Below, piece after piece: positions 1-9,714 of a DNA stretch of 64,000 nucleotides (position 1 is the first letter of the stretch; each line of letters begins with the position of its first letter). Where the stretch lies: positions 9,468 through 73,467 of the IMG/VR virus record IMGVR_UViG_3300012930_000012; one strand, written 5' to 3'. Below the pieces are notes generated by a model. It did no database searches, was not told the DNA's origin, and saw nothing but the letters and a program-made list of their open reading frames with translations. Origin of the DNA: a virus. The translations under genes and the position numbers were made by a program.

Positions 1-752
1 CCAATGAGGGTATCGTCGTAGCACCACAAGATGTCATCCTCGTTGATCTCGGCGACATCCTTGGTAACACCGGCCGTGCTCGTCGTGCCCGCCCCCTGGC
101 GCTGGAACTGCACGAGCTGGACCACGTTGTATTCGAACGTGCCCAGCACCCGCTGCGGCCCCAGGATGGTGAACTTGCGCCCGATGCCAAGCTGGTTGGT
201 GCGCGTCTTGATGGCGAGCAACCGGCTGAGCAAGAAGAACGCCATCTCACCGTTGTCGTACGTGACTACGGTGCTATTGCCGTTGGAGTCAGGGGGCAAG
301 TTTATCGACGTTGCCCCGTTGGTGTTGACGATACCCTCGCCGTTCGCCGGGTTCATCCCGTACAGCACGAGATCCCGGAGGAACTGGTAGTGCGCTTGCT
401 GCATGGCGAGGCGCTGTGCCTCCACGATGCTCACGCCCCACCGGCTCATCGCGTTGGTGTCGTGGTGATCGTACTCCGCGCGCACCCGGATGAGGTAGCT
501 GGGTGTGCTGAGCATGGACATGGCGATGCCACAAGAAGGCAGTTCGTTGTAGCTGGACTGTCCAGCCGCAACCTTGGTGCGCACATCCGCACGGCGGATG
601 TAGGCGGCGAGATCATCTTCGCCAAGGCGGACGAGGGGTTCCCCGCCACCCAGCAAGTCGAACGCACCCGAGGCTTGGCTGTAGGGCAGCAAGATCTCGG
701 GCATCATGTATGACGGATGAAGCAGAACAAAGGCGGGCGCGAGATTGCCCAT
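1..752 (-). CDS. Major capsid protein, Bcep781-like (truncated at window edge)
   Basis: Translated by hand (not in ORF track): MGNLAPAFVLLHPSYMMPEILLPYSQASGAFDLL...RVRAEYDHHDT...LYGMNPANGEG. Strong RBS TAAGGAG. Lies after the scaffold and decoration genes. Confidence 0.8.
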   Translation of the reverse strand, partial: MGNLAPAFVLLHPSYMMPEILLPYSQASGAFDLLGGGEPLVRLGEDDLAAYIRRADVRTKVAAGQSSYNELPSCGIAMSMLSTPSYLIRVRAEYDHHDTNAMSRWGVSIVEAQRLAMQQAHYQFLRDLVLYGMNPANGEGIVNTNGATSINLPPDSNGNSTVVTYDNGEMAFFLLSRLLAIKTRTNQLGIGRKFTILGPQRVLGTFEYNVVQLVQFQRQGAGTTSTAGVTKDVAEINEDDILWCYDDTLI

Positions 753-813
753 GGTGTTGTCTCCTTAACTTTAGAGGTCGGGATGCGCCCGGACCTTTTG
801 GGTTGCCGGCGTC

Positions 814-1710
814 CTAGCCGAGTTGAATGAGCGCCGCGGAGCCGGTGCGGTTCCACGTCGCAAAACCCGTCACCGGATCGAAGACGACGGTCATGCTGTT
901 GCCGATGTTGATGTTGAGCACCTTGACGCCCTTCGTTGCCAGATCGGAAGAGGCGCCCGATCCCAGCGTGAGCGACCCGCCGGTAATCGTTGCCGCACCG
1001 AAACCGGAGCCGGCATTGTAGGTCACCGTGGTCCCCGTCGCGGAGAGAGCGGTGAACGTGCCGTTCAAGCTGGCGAACGCGCCCGTGCCCGTAAGGCCGC
1101 TTACGATGATGGCATCGCCCGCGTTGAACGTAACCGGCGCCGACATGGTCAACGTGACCAAGCCCGTGCCGCTCACGTACGTGCCCGAGGAGATGGTAAG
1201 CGTCCCCAGGAACGGGATGAGGCGCTGATTGACGAAGTCCCACGAGAAGCTGCTCGGCAAGTTGATGACCGAACCCTCCTGGCTCACAAGGGCTTGGTCC
1301 ATTGCCACCGCGAGCCTGGCCTGGGAGCCCAGCCGGTAGAAGTTGACCTGGCCACCGGACGCCGCCAACGGCACGGGTGACTGGGGCGTATTGATCATGG
1401 CATGAGCCTGATCGAACACGCTGAAGCCAGTCAAGCCGCCGGCTCCGGCCGTAAGCGTCGTGGCACGGGAGATGTTGCCACCCGTTTCCCCGCCGGCAGG
1501 ACCGCCCGTGACCGGGCTGGTGGTCTCGCTAATACCCACCCCACCCCACATGGGCTTGGTCTCGGCCGCTGCCAGCACACCGCCGGCAAGCCGGTAGCGC
1601 GCGGAAGGATCGTCCATGGCCTGGCCCTGGATGTAGCCACGCGTCTGGACGTTGAAAGACCCCGCCCCATTGGTGGTGAGGAAGGGGTTGATGGTCACAT
1701 TGGCATTCAT
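814..1710 (-). CDS. Head decoration/cement protein with an inserted ~75-aa beta-rich domain
   Basis: Between scaffold and MCP. Motifs MWGGVGISE, GFSVFDQAHAMI, VNFYRLGS, SWDFVNQRL. RBS AAGGAG. Confidence 0.65.
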   Translation of the reverse strand: MNANVTINPFLTTNGAGSFNVQTRGYIQGQAMDDPSARYRLAGGVLAAAETKPMWGGVGISETTSPVTGGPAGGETGGNISRATTLTAGAGGLTGFSVFDQAHAMINTPQSPVPLAASGGQVNFYRLGSQARLAVAMDQALVSQEGSVINLPSSFSWDFVNQRLIPFLGTLTISSGTYVSGTGLVTLTMSAPVTFNAGDAIIVSGLTGTGAFASLNGTFTALSATGTTVTYNAGSGFGAATITGGSLTLGSGASSDLATKGVKVLNINIGNSMTVVFDPVTGFATWNRTGSAALIQLG

Positions 1711-1758
1711 TGGAATGTGTCTCCTTGTTTAGAAGGGTTGTACGACCAGGTGGCGGTG

Positions 1759-3693
1759 CTATGCCGATTGCCTGCCCTTAATGAGGAAGCGAGTCACGCG
1801 TCCACGGGGCGCCCGCTTAAACTGGCGGACGAAGCTGTTGCGGCCATGCGCCGTCGTCATGCGCACGCCCGTCTGGTGGTCCGTGCGCGTGATGTAACGG
1901 ATCTCACCTTCTTTGAGATCGGCCGGCATGGAGGCCGCGGACTGAGCATCGGCATAGATTTGACGCTCGATGGGGCCAAAGGCGGCATCATCCGCAATGG
2001 AAGCGATGTCAACATCCTTCCACGTGGACGAATGCACCTTGAGCTGGGTGGCCAGCCGGCGCCGGTACTGGTTGAGCGACTCCCCATCCTGGGGCCGGGA
2101 GGCTGAATCCCCGAACGCCTGAAAGACGCGGTCGGCGCCGGCCTGGGCCAGGGCCAACGCACGCCGTTCCTCCTCGCTTACCTGGCGGGGGAGGCGGCGC
2201 TTGATTTCGTCGATGTCGGCGCGGGTGACCTGGGAGTCCTTGCGGGCCTTGCGGTCGGCGTACGCCTTTGCTTCCTTCTCGTCGGCGTCCTTGCGGTGCT
2301 TCTTGGCCTTATCGGCGGCAACCTCCTTGGCCTCGCCCTTGGCCATGCGCTCCTTGGCTTCGCTCTCTTCCTCGGCGTCGTGGCGCTTTTTGAAGGTGTC
2401 GTCGTCGTCATCGTCCTTGCGCTCGGAGTACTTGGCCACCGACTCATCGTCGTCCTTCTTGGCCCGGGCGGCGTCATCATCGTCCTTGCGCTTGCGGGCG
2501 TCATCATCGTCCTTGCGCTTCTTGGCGTCGTCATCGCGAGACTTCTTCAGCTCCGCGATTTCCGCGTCCTGCTTGGTCATACGCTCGGCGATTGAATCCA
2601 GACCGGTCAAGAGCTTGTCGAGCTTTTGGCCGGACTCCGCGTCCGCCCGTGCACGGGCATCTTCGGCATCTTTGCGGGCCTTGGCTTCAGCGGCCCTCTT
2701 TTCCTCTTCAGTCATGTCAGTCTGGTCCTTTCCTGAGTTCAAGACCCCTGTGGGCTCGCCGCCTTTATCCCAAACACCGTGCTCGCAGATGGCGAGGTGA
2801 TCCAACAAGCTCGGTTTACCTTCGATGAGCAGCTTTTCACCGCTCTCCAATTCCACTTTAACGTTGACATCGGGGTCGCGGAACACCACGGCCGGCGACG
2901 TGCTCATTTGCCCATCGGTCATCATCTTGATGGCCGCATCATCGTAAATCTTGGCTATGCCCCACACCTCATTAGCCTCGGGCTTCAGGTACGGGAGCAA
3001 GATCATACCCACGATGCGGTCCGCGAACTCATCGCTATCGATGGTGGGCTTTTTTTCCGGGTGCATCATGATGACGGGGAGGCCATTACACCTGGCCAAG
3101 AACTCATCGTTCATGTAGAGCGAGGGATCGCGCCAAACGTACTCTTTCCACTTCGTACGGTAGGCGGCACCCGTGCCGGTGATGCGGAGAGCGAACAGCG
3201 TCACATTTTCGTATCGCTGGGGGCTGGCAAGCCGGCCATCAGCTATGGCACGGGCCACGCCCAGTTCGTCCATGCCAAAGCGGTCCAAAGCCACGGCGCA
3301 CCCAGGATGCAGCGGCTGGGGGGCCTGGTCAGCCGGCGCCCAGGCGTAGCCCACATGCTCGGCGTCCGGCACCGGCACAAACGGCTGGGGCACCTGGACC
3401 ACGAAGGTGGTGTAGTCAACTTCCTCGCCCGCAGCGGGCTCGCCCGGCAATGTCTGAAGGGTGGCACCGCCATAAGGCGCCACCTGGCGGGTCCAGGGGG
3501 TGGGCGTGCCTGGCACCTTGACGCCGGTCTCTTCTTCGGCTTCGCGGATGGCGCACTCGATGATGGTCTCGTCGCCTTCCTGGCGCCCACCCGGGAAGCA
3601 CCAGTAGCCGGGGTAGTCGCTACCCGGCCCGCGCTTTAGGTAGAGCGCCTGGTTCTTGGGGGCGAGGAAGAGTATGCCGGCGGCGCGGATCAT
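1759..3693 (-). CDS. Nudix hydrolase fused to DUF2213 head maturation protease/scaffold
   Basis: Nudix box GGRQEGDETIIECAIREAEEETG; DUF2213-type motifs (RCNGLPVI.MHP, STSPAV, LDHLAICEHGVWDKGG); K/D/R-rich scaffold tail. Start set at the ATG overlapping the upstream stop. Confidence 0.8.
   Translation of the reverse strand: MIRAAGILFLAPKNQALYLKRGPGSDYPGYWCFPGGRQEGDETIIECAIREAEEETGVKVPGTPTPWTRQVAPYGGATLQTLPGEPAAGEEVDYTTFVVQVPQPFVPVPDAEHVGYAWAPADQAPQPLHPGCAVALDRFGMDELGVARAIADGRLASPQRYENVTLFALRITGTGAAYRTKWKEYVWRDPSLYMNDEFLARCNGLPVIMMHPEKKPTIDSDEFADRIVGMILLPYLKPEANEVWGIAKIYDDAAIKMMTDGQMSTSPAVVFRDPDVNVKVELESGEKLLIEGKPSLLDHLAICEHGVWDKGGEPTGVLNSGKDQTDMTEEEKRAAEAKARKDAEDARARADAESGQKLDKLLTGLDSIAERMTKQDAEIAELKKSRDDDAKKRKDDDDARKRKDDDDAARAKKDDDESVAKYSERKDDDDDDTFKKRHDAEEESEAKERMAKGEAKEVAADKAKKHRKDADEKEAKAYADRKARKDSQVTRADIDEIKRRLPRQVSEEERRALALAQAGADRVFQAFGDSASRPQDGESLNQYRRRLATQLKVHSSTWKDVDIASIADDAAFGPIERQIYADAQSAASMPADLKEGEIRYITRTDHQTGVRMTTAHGRNSFVRQFKRAPRGRVTRFLIKGRQSA
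2471..2520. repeat. Coding tandem repeat (23 bp x2, 27-bp period) in the scaffold region
   Basis: GCGTCATCATCGTCCTTGCGCTT at 2471-2493 and 2498-2520, encoding KRKDDDDA units. Confidence 0.8.
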
Positions 3694-4655
3694 TTGCCCC
3701 ACTTGGCTTTGGCTTTGGTGATGGCATCCCGTTCGCTACTTGCACCTTCAACAACCATTTGCTCGTTGTCTGGTTTACGACGCACAGCCCAGCCATTGGC
3801 CACGCGCCAGGCTTCGTACGTGTATTCCCCAGCGTCAATAACATCCGCCCGCATGACCTCCCGGTCCGACGGGCTGTACAAGATGATGTCCGAGCACGAC
3901 TCATCACCCTTGCACGTGTTAAAGAAAGCCTCCGCGCGCTGTCGATTTTCGAATCGGGATACCTTGGCTTTGTTGCCTTCTCGATACTCCACTTCCCATG
4001 TGCCGGAGACAGCATCTGATCGTAAAACCAGCCCGGTTCGAGGGCTAAACAGAGCAATATCCGAGCATGATGGATCACTCTTGCATGAGTTGAAAAAATC
4101 CAACGCGCGCTGCCTATTTTCAAATTGGGCCACCTTGGCACGGTTGTTCTCGCGATACTCAACTTCCCAGTCGCCCTTTGCATCCGCCCGCAAGGCATCC
4201 ATCTTGGCACACGCCTCATCCAAGGCCGGCAAGCCAACGCGCTTGGTTATGCGCCTGTGCTCGGCCTCGGTGATTTCATCCATAATGGCGCACGCATCAT
4301 CAATGGTTAAGTCGTCCTTCATTTGCATGGCCGCGGATTCGGCACGCTCGGCACGAATTTCCTGGACCACGGCCTTGGCCTTTTGACTAGTGGCGTAGTT
4401 GGCCGCGGCAGACTCCCAAAAGTCGGCTGCCTCTTGGAACGCCACGCGCTTGGCCCGGCTCTTGGCGCGGTTGGCCATGCGCTCGCACTCCAGCGCCTTG
4501 TCCCTGGCCTTGGTGGCGTCCGGGGGGAGGTCGGCGTCCACACCGGAGATGGTGCCGGCGTTCTTGGAGGCATAGAACACCTCCTCACCCTTCTCGGCGC
4601 CATATTCCTTTTTCATTGACGCCTTTATTTCTTCACCCTTGGCGGTGAGCGGCAT
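3690..4655 (-). CDS. Multi-module head-associated protein with a 57-aa tandem duplication
   Basis: Likely start MPLTAKGEEIK...VFYASKNAGTISGVD, a motif I recognise from small phage head-cluster proteins. Two WEVEYRE..AKV..FENRQRA repeats at 3834-4175. The ORF-track start at 5057 overlaps other genes. Confidence 0.7.
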   Translation of the reverse strand: MPLTAKGEEIKASMKKEYGAEKGEEVFYASKNAGTISGVDADLPPDATKARDKALECERMANRAKSRAKRVAFQEAADFWESAAANYATSQKAKAVVQEIRAERAESAAMQMKDDLTIDDACAIMDEITEAEHRRITKRVGLPALDEACAKMDALRADAKGDWEVEYRENNRAKVAQFENRQRALDFFNSCKSDPSCSDIALFSPRTGLVLRSDAVSGTWEVEYREGNKAKVSRFENRQRAEAFFNTCKGDESCSDIILYSPSDREVMRADVIDAGEYTYEAWRVANGWAVRRKPDNEQMVVEGASSERDAITKAKAKWGK

Positions 4656-4666
4656 GTTGGCGGCCC

Positions 4667-5008
4667 CTATTGGAGGATGGCTGCGTGGGTAACGACGGCC
4701 GGCGAGCCCGAGGCGTTGGCGATGGTTATCTTGAAATACGTGAACAGCTTGCCATCGTTGATGACCTTGTTGGTCACCGTGTTGGCCGTGATGGTGCCTT
4801 CGTTGGTGTCCTGGACCACAAAGTTGCCGGCGGGGTCGGCGTACTGGATGATGTGCAGCGTCACATTCTGGGTTAATTGAAGCCACACCGAGATGTTGGC
4901 CCCCTGTGACTGAATGATACCGCTGTCGTATGTGGCGCCGTTGGCTATGGACGTCGGGAAGGGCGTTACTGGAGGGACGTTCCGACCGGCGTTTGGGTAG
5001 GGCGTCAT
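4667..5008 (-). CDS. Small beta-rich putative virion protein
   Basis: RBS AAGGAG; Thr/Asn-rich; lies in the head cluster. Confidence 0.55.
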   Translation of the reverse strand: MTPYPNAGRNVPPVTPFPTSIANGATYDSGIIQSQGANISVWLQLTQNVTLHIIQYADPAGNFVVQDTNEGTITANTVTNKVINDGKLFTYFKITIANASGSPAVVTHAAILQ

Positions 5009-5181
5009 GGACGCGGCTCCTTTTGCGGATATTTATCAATTTGGTAGCGCGGCACAAGCTGGCGCTGCTTATCCTTTGGCTTGCCGGCGTTCAGTTCCAC
5101 CTCCAGGTTGCGCAGCAACGGGTAGCTTTGCACCACGTAACCCGCCTTGAGTCCGGCGGTGAACTTCTTAACGTTGCTCAT
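5005..5181 (-). CDS. Hypothetical protein, 58 aa
   Basis: Hand-translated MSNVKKFTAGLK...QKEPRP; ATGA overlaps with both neighbours. Confidence 0.5.
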   Translation of the reverse strand: MSNVKKFTAGLKAGYVVQSYPLLRNLEVELNAGKPKDKQRQLVPRYQIDKYPQKEPRP

Positions 5182-5999
5182 GCCGCCATCTCCCTGCGCG
5201 CATCGGTCAGCACAGCCTCGCCCTTCTTAGTCAACATGGCGCGCGGCATCTTGCCCAGCGCGTAAATGTACACCGCGTAGCACCGGCAATAGGGTTCCTC
5301 AGCCACGGCCGTTATCTGATCGTAATAGCCGTCCGGGCCAGCCTTAACAAAGCCCTTCTGTTGCGCCCAGTTGTCACGAATGAGGTACACCTGGCCATCG
5401 CGTTCCTTGTGATCTTCACGATAGTTGTAGCCGGCCTGGCGCCAGTTGCTCCGCCACATAAGGGCTATGGCCCCGCCATCCACGGCCACAATGTTGTTCA
5501 ACGATGCTGTGAGCTTGTGCCCCTGATCAATGAGCACCCGACGTTCAACAAAGGGCAAGCTCCGTAGCGACTTCTTGATGTCCTTGCGGGCCTTGGCACC
5601 TGATTCACCACTCACCCCGCCTCGGGGGATGCTGGTGCTCCACCCGCTAAAACGCTGGAGCGTCTTGTTGATGGCTTCCTGGCGGTTGAGCTTTATAAGA
5701 TTGGCCGAGGCCAAGATGCGGCGGTCAAGCTCAGCACGGAGCTGATGCCTGACCTTATCAATGGTGTACCGCGCGACATCGGGGTGGTAACGAACGATCT
5801 GACCCTTCTCCACCATGCGCCGGTAAACGGCCGTCATGGCATCACGGAGCATTTGCTCCATGACATGCTCGGGCTTCATTTGAGTCGCCGCGGCATCCCG
5901 TATCTTGCGCTCCCAGGCGGCCACGCGCTCAACGCTGTCGTACCCGTGGGTGGCCAGATCCTCGACCGCCTCGTTTACGATGTCGAAGAAAGTGTCCAT
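5178..5999 (-). CDS. MuF/SPP1 gp7-like head morphogenesis protein
   Basis: IDQGHKL, W.S.W...YREDHKERDG and C-terminal EEPYCRC motifs; downstream of the portal. Confidence 0.7.
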   Translation of the reverse strand: MDTFFDIVNEAVEDLATHGYDSVERVAAWERKIRDAAATQMKPEHVMEQMLRDAMTAVYRRMVEKGQIVRYHPDVARYTIDKVRHQLRAELDRRILASANLIKLNRQEAINKTLQRFSGWSTSIPRGGVSGESGAKARKDIKKSLRSLPFVERRVLIDQGHKLTASLNNIVAVDGGAIALMWRSNWRQAGYNYREDHKERDGQVYLIRDNWAQQKGFVKAGPDGYYDQITAVAEEPYCRCYAVYIYALGKMPRAMLTKKGEAVLTDARREMAA

Positions 6000-6271
6000 C
6001 AGTTGGCCATGCGGTTGATGGGTTTAAAGGCGGCATCGTTGCGCCAGCCCATCAGCACCACACCGCTTTCATGATAGGTGCACCCATCCGTGCACATAAC
6101 GCTGGGGGTGACATTGCCATTCACATCGATGGTATGTTCCTCGAGAGTCCCCCTAACCCCGCAATCGGGGCAGCCCACAACGGCCGTGGTCTTACCTTCC
6201 TTAAAGCGTGGCGCCCACTGGCCCTTGCCAGGCCAACCCCCCACGCACCGGGTGAATTGGTTGCGCATCAT
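5999..6271 (-). CDS. DUF6527-like Zn-binding protein (copy 1)
   Basis: CPDCG...VTPSV.C...C.YH pattern. Confidence 0.5.
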   Translation of the reverse strand: MMRNQFTRCVGGWPGKGQWAPRFKEGKTTAVVGCPDCGVRGTLEEHTIDVNGNVTPSVMCTDGCTYHESGVVLMGWRNDAAFKPINRMAN

Positions 6272-6483
6272 TTCCAGAAGAATTTATCCCGTTCGCCCGT
6301 GCTGTAATGGGGCACCGATGAGTAACTCTCCACCGCACCGGCAACATCGATACAAAGAAGGTTGACCCACGTGTCCGGCGTTTGCTGCCCCACGTGTGTC
6401 ACCAGAGCGTGACGTTCCTTGCCAAAAGAATCCACAAAGATGACCGCATTGCCCAAGATGGGCGGGTGGGGGTTGGATGACAT
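6268..6483 (-). CDS. Small conserved phage protein
   Basis: MSSNPHPPILGNAVIFVD...HALVTHV...VNL...SVPH; coupled to the next gene. Confidence 0.55.
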   Translation of the reverse strand: MSSNPHPPILGNAVIFVDSFGKERHALVTHVGQQTPDTWVNLLCIDVAGAVESYSSVPHYSTGERDKFFWK

Positions 6484-6636
6484 TTGCGTTCTCTCAGAAT
6501 GGTCGTCTTGGACCGTGTACAGGGGGTACGCCCGATAGCATTTCAAGGCGTCGCCGCGGGGGCCGCTCCCGCGGCATGGCGCCGGAACCTACCAGCACGC
6601 CACCCAGGAACGCCAGCGTTATGATGAGATACGCGG

Positions 6637-6849
6637 TCACGGCTTATGCTCCGTGGCAGCAATTTCCTTGGTTGCCGCCAGCATGGAGTCCATGTAGCTC
6701 TCAAAGTTTGCGGATGCGATGAGCTGGGCCTTGGATGCGGCCTCAAAGTCCCTTCGTTCCAGCGCACCCTGAAACTCCATCAAGGCGCCATTCATGTTGC
6801 GCCAGGCTGTGCTCCCTGTGTTCAGGTGCCGTGCGATAACCGCGTTCAT
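6637..6849 (-). CDS. Hypothetical protein, 70 aa
   Basis: ATGA overlap with the portal stop. Confidence 0.5.
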   Translation of the reverse strand: MNAVIARHLNTGSTAWRNMNGALMEFQGALERRDFEAASKAQLIASANFESYMDSMLAATKEIAATEHKP

Positions 6850-8336
6850 GCCACCACCCGGGTTAGGCGCCGCTGGCGCAGCACATCGGCTATGCGCCGC
6901 ACGCCACCACTATCGCCGAAGCTCGTCTTTGGCCGCGGCTCTTCTTGCTCCTCCCCAAACCCGCCCGCGCCGGGCATGATGGGCTCGAAGGTGGCAATGG
7001 CCTCATAATCTAGCTCGAGCGGGTCGCTAAACAGCAATTCAAGCTCGTTGAAGTTGTCGGCCGCCCATTGGATAAGAGTCGCCTTGTTCCCTTGGTCGAG
7101 CTGTGGAATTAGCGCCTCCACCAGCGCCACAATGGCCTCGAGCCGTATTTCATCGACCTTGACCTTTTCGCTCTCGGGCTCGGTCAGCATGTTGGGCCAT
7201 GCCGCCGTGTAGCTGTTCACCCAATCGTAGAAGCACGTGTCGTAGTCGGGTAGGTCCGGGAAGTCGTTCTTGAGTGTTTCATGGAACGCCTTGTTCCAGG
7301 CACGGTGCTGCACGATGGGGGTGAAGAAGTCGTAGCCCGGCTGGAGCCACTCGCGCACGCCATCGATGTAGTTGACGATGATCTTGGCGTCCTCTTTGCC
7401 TTCGCCAAAGCCCTCGGTGAGGGTTTCATTCTCCAACATCACGGCCGGCATGTCCGCGCTCGTGGCAATGTTCTTAAGCACGTTGGTCCGCACCACCTTG
7501 TACGGACCTTCGGCGTTCTGGAAGTTGAGCGACTCGATGTCCTCGCCCGGCCCAACCGAAAGCACGTTGCCTGTGGCGGCGTCCTTGAGCAGCTGGCGCT
7601 TAAGCGCGAACAGCTTGCTCATGAGGTTATCCACGACCGAGCCCGGTTGCTTAATCTTGGCCACCAGCACGCCCAGCTTGACCGTGATAAGATCGTCCGT
7701 GAGCATGGTCTGGAGGAACGTCTTAAGCGGGAACAGCGCCCGCTGGTACACGCTCCGGCCCACAAAGCCAAAGGCGCTGGCGGTATAGGCAATGTAGATG
7801 GGCTCTTCGTTTAGGAGCACGCACGCACGGGAGCGGTGGTAGGACTTACCGCCCACGCTAATGTTGCGCACCTTCATGAAGTCCATGTCGTTGGTGTTCT
7901 GGTTGAGCACCAATGACCCGGCGGTGTTAAGCGGGTCGTACACGTTGAACGAAATGGTCTTATCGGCGAGCTTGCTGTAGTCCACCGGCACCTCAGTCTT
8001 GACCCCATCCACCAACAGCGCCACGGAGGCTATGCCGTAGATGCGGGCCAGCCGGCCCAGGTTGAAGATGTGCTTTTCAGCACCCAGCTTCTTCCACTCG
8101 TCCTTAAAGGCCCGCACCACACGGTCCCCCGGGCTGTTGGGCACGCTAATGATACGCCCCTGGCTCTGGGCTTTCTTAACTGGGCTCTCGGCCATCTTGG
8201 CCCCCAGTGGGTGGTAAAGGTAGATGAGCTTGCACAGCTGATAACTGGGGTCGCTACCGGCTTCAATATCGTCCGCGCCAAGGATGGCCTGCAGTTGCGT
8301 GCCGACCGTGGAGCCGTTGATGGTAATTTGAGCCAA
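6846..8336 (-). CDS. Portal protein (DUF1073-like)
   Basis: About 495 aa directly after TerL. Motifs PSYQLCKLIYLYHPLG, HRSR, GFVGRSVYQR, IATSADMP. TTG start after GGAGG. Confidence 0.8.
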   Translation of the reverse strand: MAQITINGSTVGTQLQAILGADDIEAGSDPSYQLCKLIYLYHPLGAKMAESPVKKAQSQGRIISVPNSPGDRVVRAFKDEWKKLGAEKHIFNLGRLARIYGIASVALLVDGVKTEVPVDYSKLADKTISFNVYDPLNTAGSLVLNQNTNDMDFMKVRNISVGGKSYHRSRACVLLNEEPIYIAYTASAFGFVGRSVYQRALFPLKTFLQTMLTDDLITVKLGVLVAKIKQPGSVVDNLMSKLFALKRQLLKDAATGNVLSVGPGEDIESLNFQNAEGPYKVVRTNVLKNIATSADMPAVMLENETLTEGFGEGKEDAKIIVNYIDGVREWLQPGYDFFTPIVQHRAWNKAFHETLKNDFPDLPDYDTCFYDWVNSYTAAWPNMLTEPESEKVKVDEIRLEAIVALVEALIPQLDQGNKATLIQWAADNFNELELLFSDPLELDYEAIATFEPIMPGAGGFGEEQEEPRPKTSFGDSGGVRRIADVLRQRRLTRVVA

Positions 8337-8337
8337 G

Positions 8338-9714
8338 CTACACGCCCTCCGAGTCACCCAATGCTATGGCAATGCCGTAGCAATAACAGTCCAGCAAGTC
8401 ATCCGCGCGCCGGGCCGCGTCCTTATCACCCAACCTAAAGCCCGTGACCTGGGCAATCAAGTGATTGCGCGTGGCGCCCTTGTAGGTTGAGACCTTGTCA
8501 TAGGCTTGCCGGGTTAGGCCCACCTCACCGCGGTAATGGGCACCAGAGGCGTTGAGCCCCCGCTCATCCTTGCCCATGGCGGTGAGCTTTGAGTCTATGG
8601 CTTGCGCCGGCCAGCCCTTGTTGTAAGCCTGTTGAATGAGCACCGAGCCGCTGGATTTGTCTTCAATGAACGCACCCAGGCTCCCCATGCGCGCCCGGTA
8701 TTGCCTGGCAAATCCCTCAAGGTTCTGAAATACCGTAGGGAGCCAAAGCTCGAGCGAAGCGCCCTCAAGCTGGAACAGCTCGTAGTCCAGTATGTGCAAC
8801 TTACGAGCTGATTGCTTGTTGTAGCCAAAGTAGATGCAGCCCGTGCCATCATTTTCAGTCTTGGCCTTAACGGCCGTGTCAATGATGGCAAACACACTGT
8901 CAATGGGTAAAGGCGGCACACAAGGCTGGCCATTGTCCAACAACTTGGGCAAGTCAAAGAACGCCACCCCGGTCCAGTCCACGAACTCAGCCAGGTACTC
9001 CTGGCGGTAGACCAATGGATGATTGTCGGCCTTAAGCTGATCAAACACCGCGATCCGGCGCAATGCGTATGTTATATCATCCTCGCCCGGCAACCTGGCC
9101 GGGATGTAAGGATTGTTCATCGTGGGGGCGTGAAATTCTTTAAACCCAAGCTCCGGCTGATTGCAGATCTTCCAGAAGAAATTTTCCGGGTCCACACCCT
9201 TGGGGTTGCTGGGCACCAGCGCCTCGCCCCCATAATCCAGCAACGTGGGGAGTATGCTCTGCTCCCAGATGTTAATCATGTTGGGCTTGGTGAACGCCCC
9301 TTCATCAATGACCACCAGGTGGTACTTGCGCGAACGGCCCGCGCGCTCGTTGTCCAGCGTCCAGAAGTCCATGCGCCCACCCGTGGTGGTGCGTATAAGC
9401 CCCTCAATCTTGGATGAGGTCTTCTTAACCGGGTCCAAGATGTCAACGATGTCGTTGTACGCTTCGCTGGATATCTTGTAGTCAGGCGCAAACCAGCCAA
9501 CGCTCTTGGCCTTGATAATGGCGTCGCACGAAATAACCTTGGCCAAGTCCGTCTTGCCCCAGCGCCGGCCACACCGGATAGCCTTAAAGCGCCCAGGCAT
9601 TTCGTAGGCCCGCACCTGGTCCGGATGCAGCACAGGCATCTTGACAACAATTTCGTCATCGGTGCCCGGTATTGAAGCCTCACCCACGTCCAGCTCGAGG
9701 AAATCCTCATCCAT
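8338..9714 (-). CDS. terL: Terminase large subunit
   Basis: Walker A RCGRRWGKT, Walker B VVIDE, YRQEYLAEF, nuclease acidic motifs IIDTA/IEDKSSG/DDLLD. Confidence 0.92.
   Translation of the reverse strand: MDEDFLELDVGEASIPGTDDEIVVKMPVLHPDQVRAYEMPGRFKAIRCGRRWGKTDLAKVISCDAIIKAKSVGWFAPDYKISSEAYNDIVDILDPVKKTSSKIEGLIRTTTGGRMDFWTLDNERAGRSRKYHLVVIDEGAFTKPNMINIWEQSILPTLLDYGGEALVPSNPKGVDPENFFWKICNQPELGFKEFHAPTMNNPYIPARLPGEDDITYALRRIAVFDQLKADNHPLVYRQEYLAEFVDWTGVAFFDLPKLLDNGQPCVPPLPIDSVFAIIDTAVKAKTENDGTGCIYFGYNKQSARKLHILDYELFQLEGASLELWLPTVFQNLEGFARQYRARMGSLGAFIEDKSSGSVLIQQAYNKGWPAQAIDSKLTAMGKDERGLNASGAHYRGEVGLTRQAYDKVSTYKGATRNHLIAQVTGFRLGDKDAARRADDLLDCYCYGIAIALGDSEGV

Noticed and set aside
2400-2540. 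Short direct repeats resembling a CRISPR or iteron array
   Set aside because: They are in-frame coding repeats of KRKDDDDA in the scaffold, with no unique spacers.
2201-3639. Long plus-strand ORFs (2201-2800, 2779-3639), and similar antisense ORFs at 17749-18633 and 56978-57703
   Set aside because: These are shadow frames of well-supported genes on the opposite strand in GC-rich DNA, with no motifs or RBS.
3690-5057. 455-aa ORF as given in the ORF track
   Set aside because: Its first ~134 codons overlap two better genes (4667-5008 and 5005-5181); the credible start is 4655.
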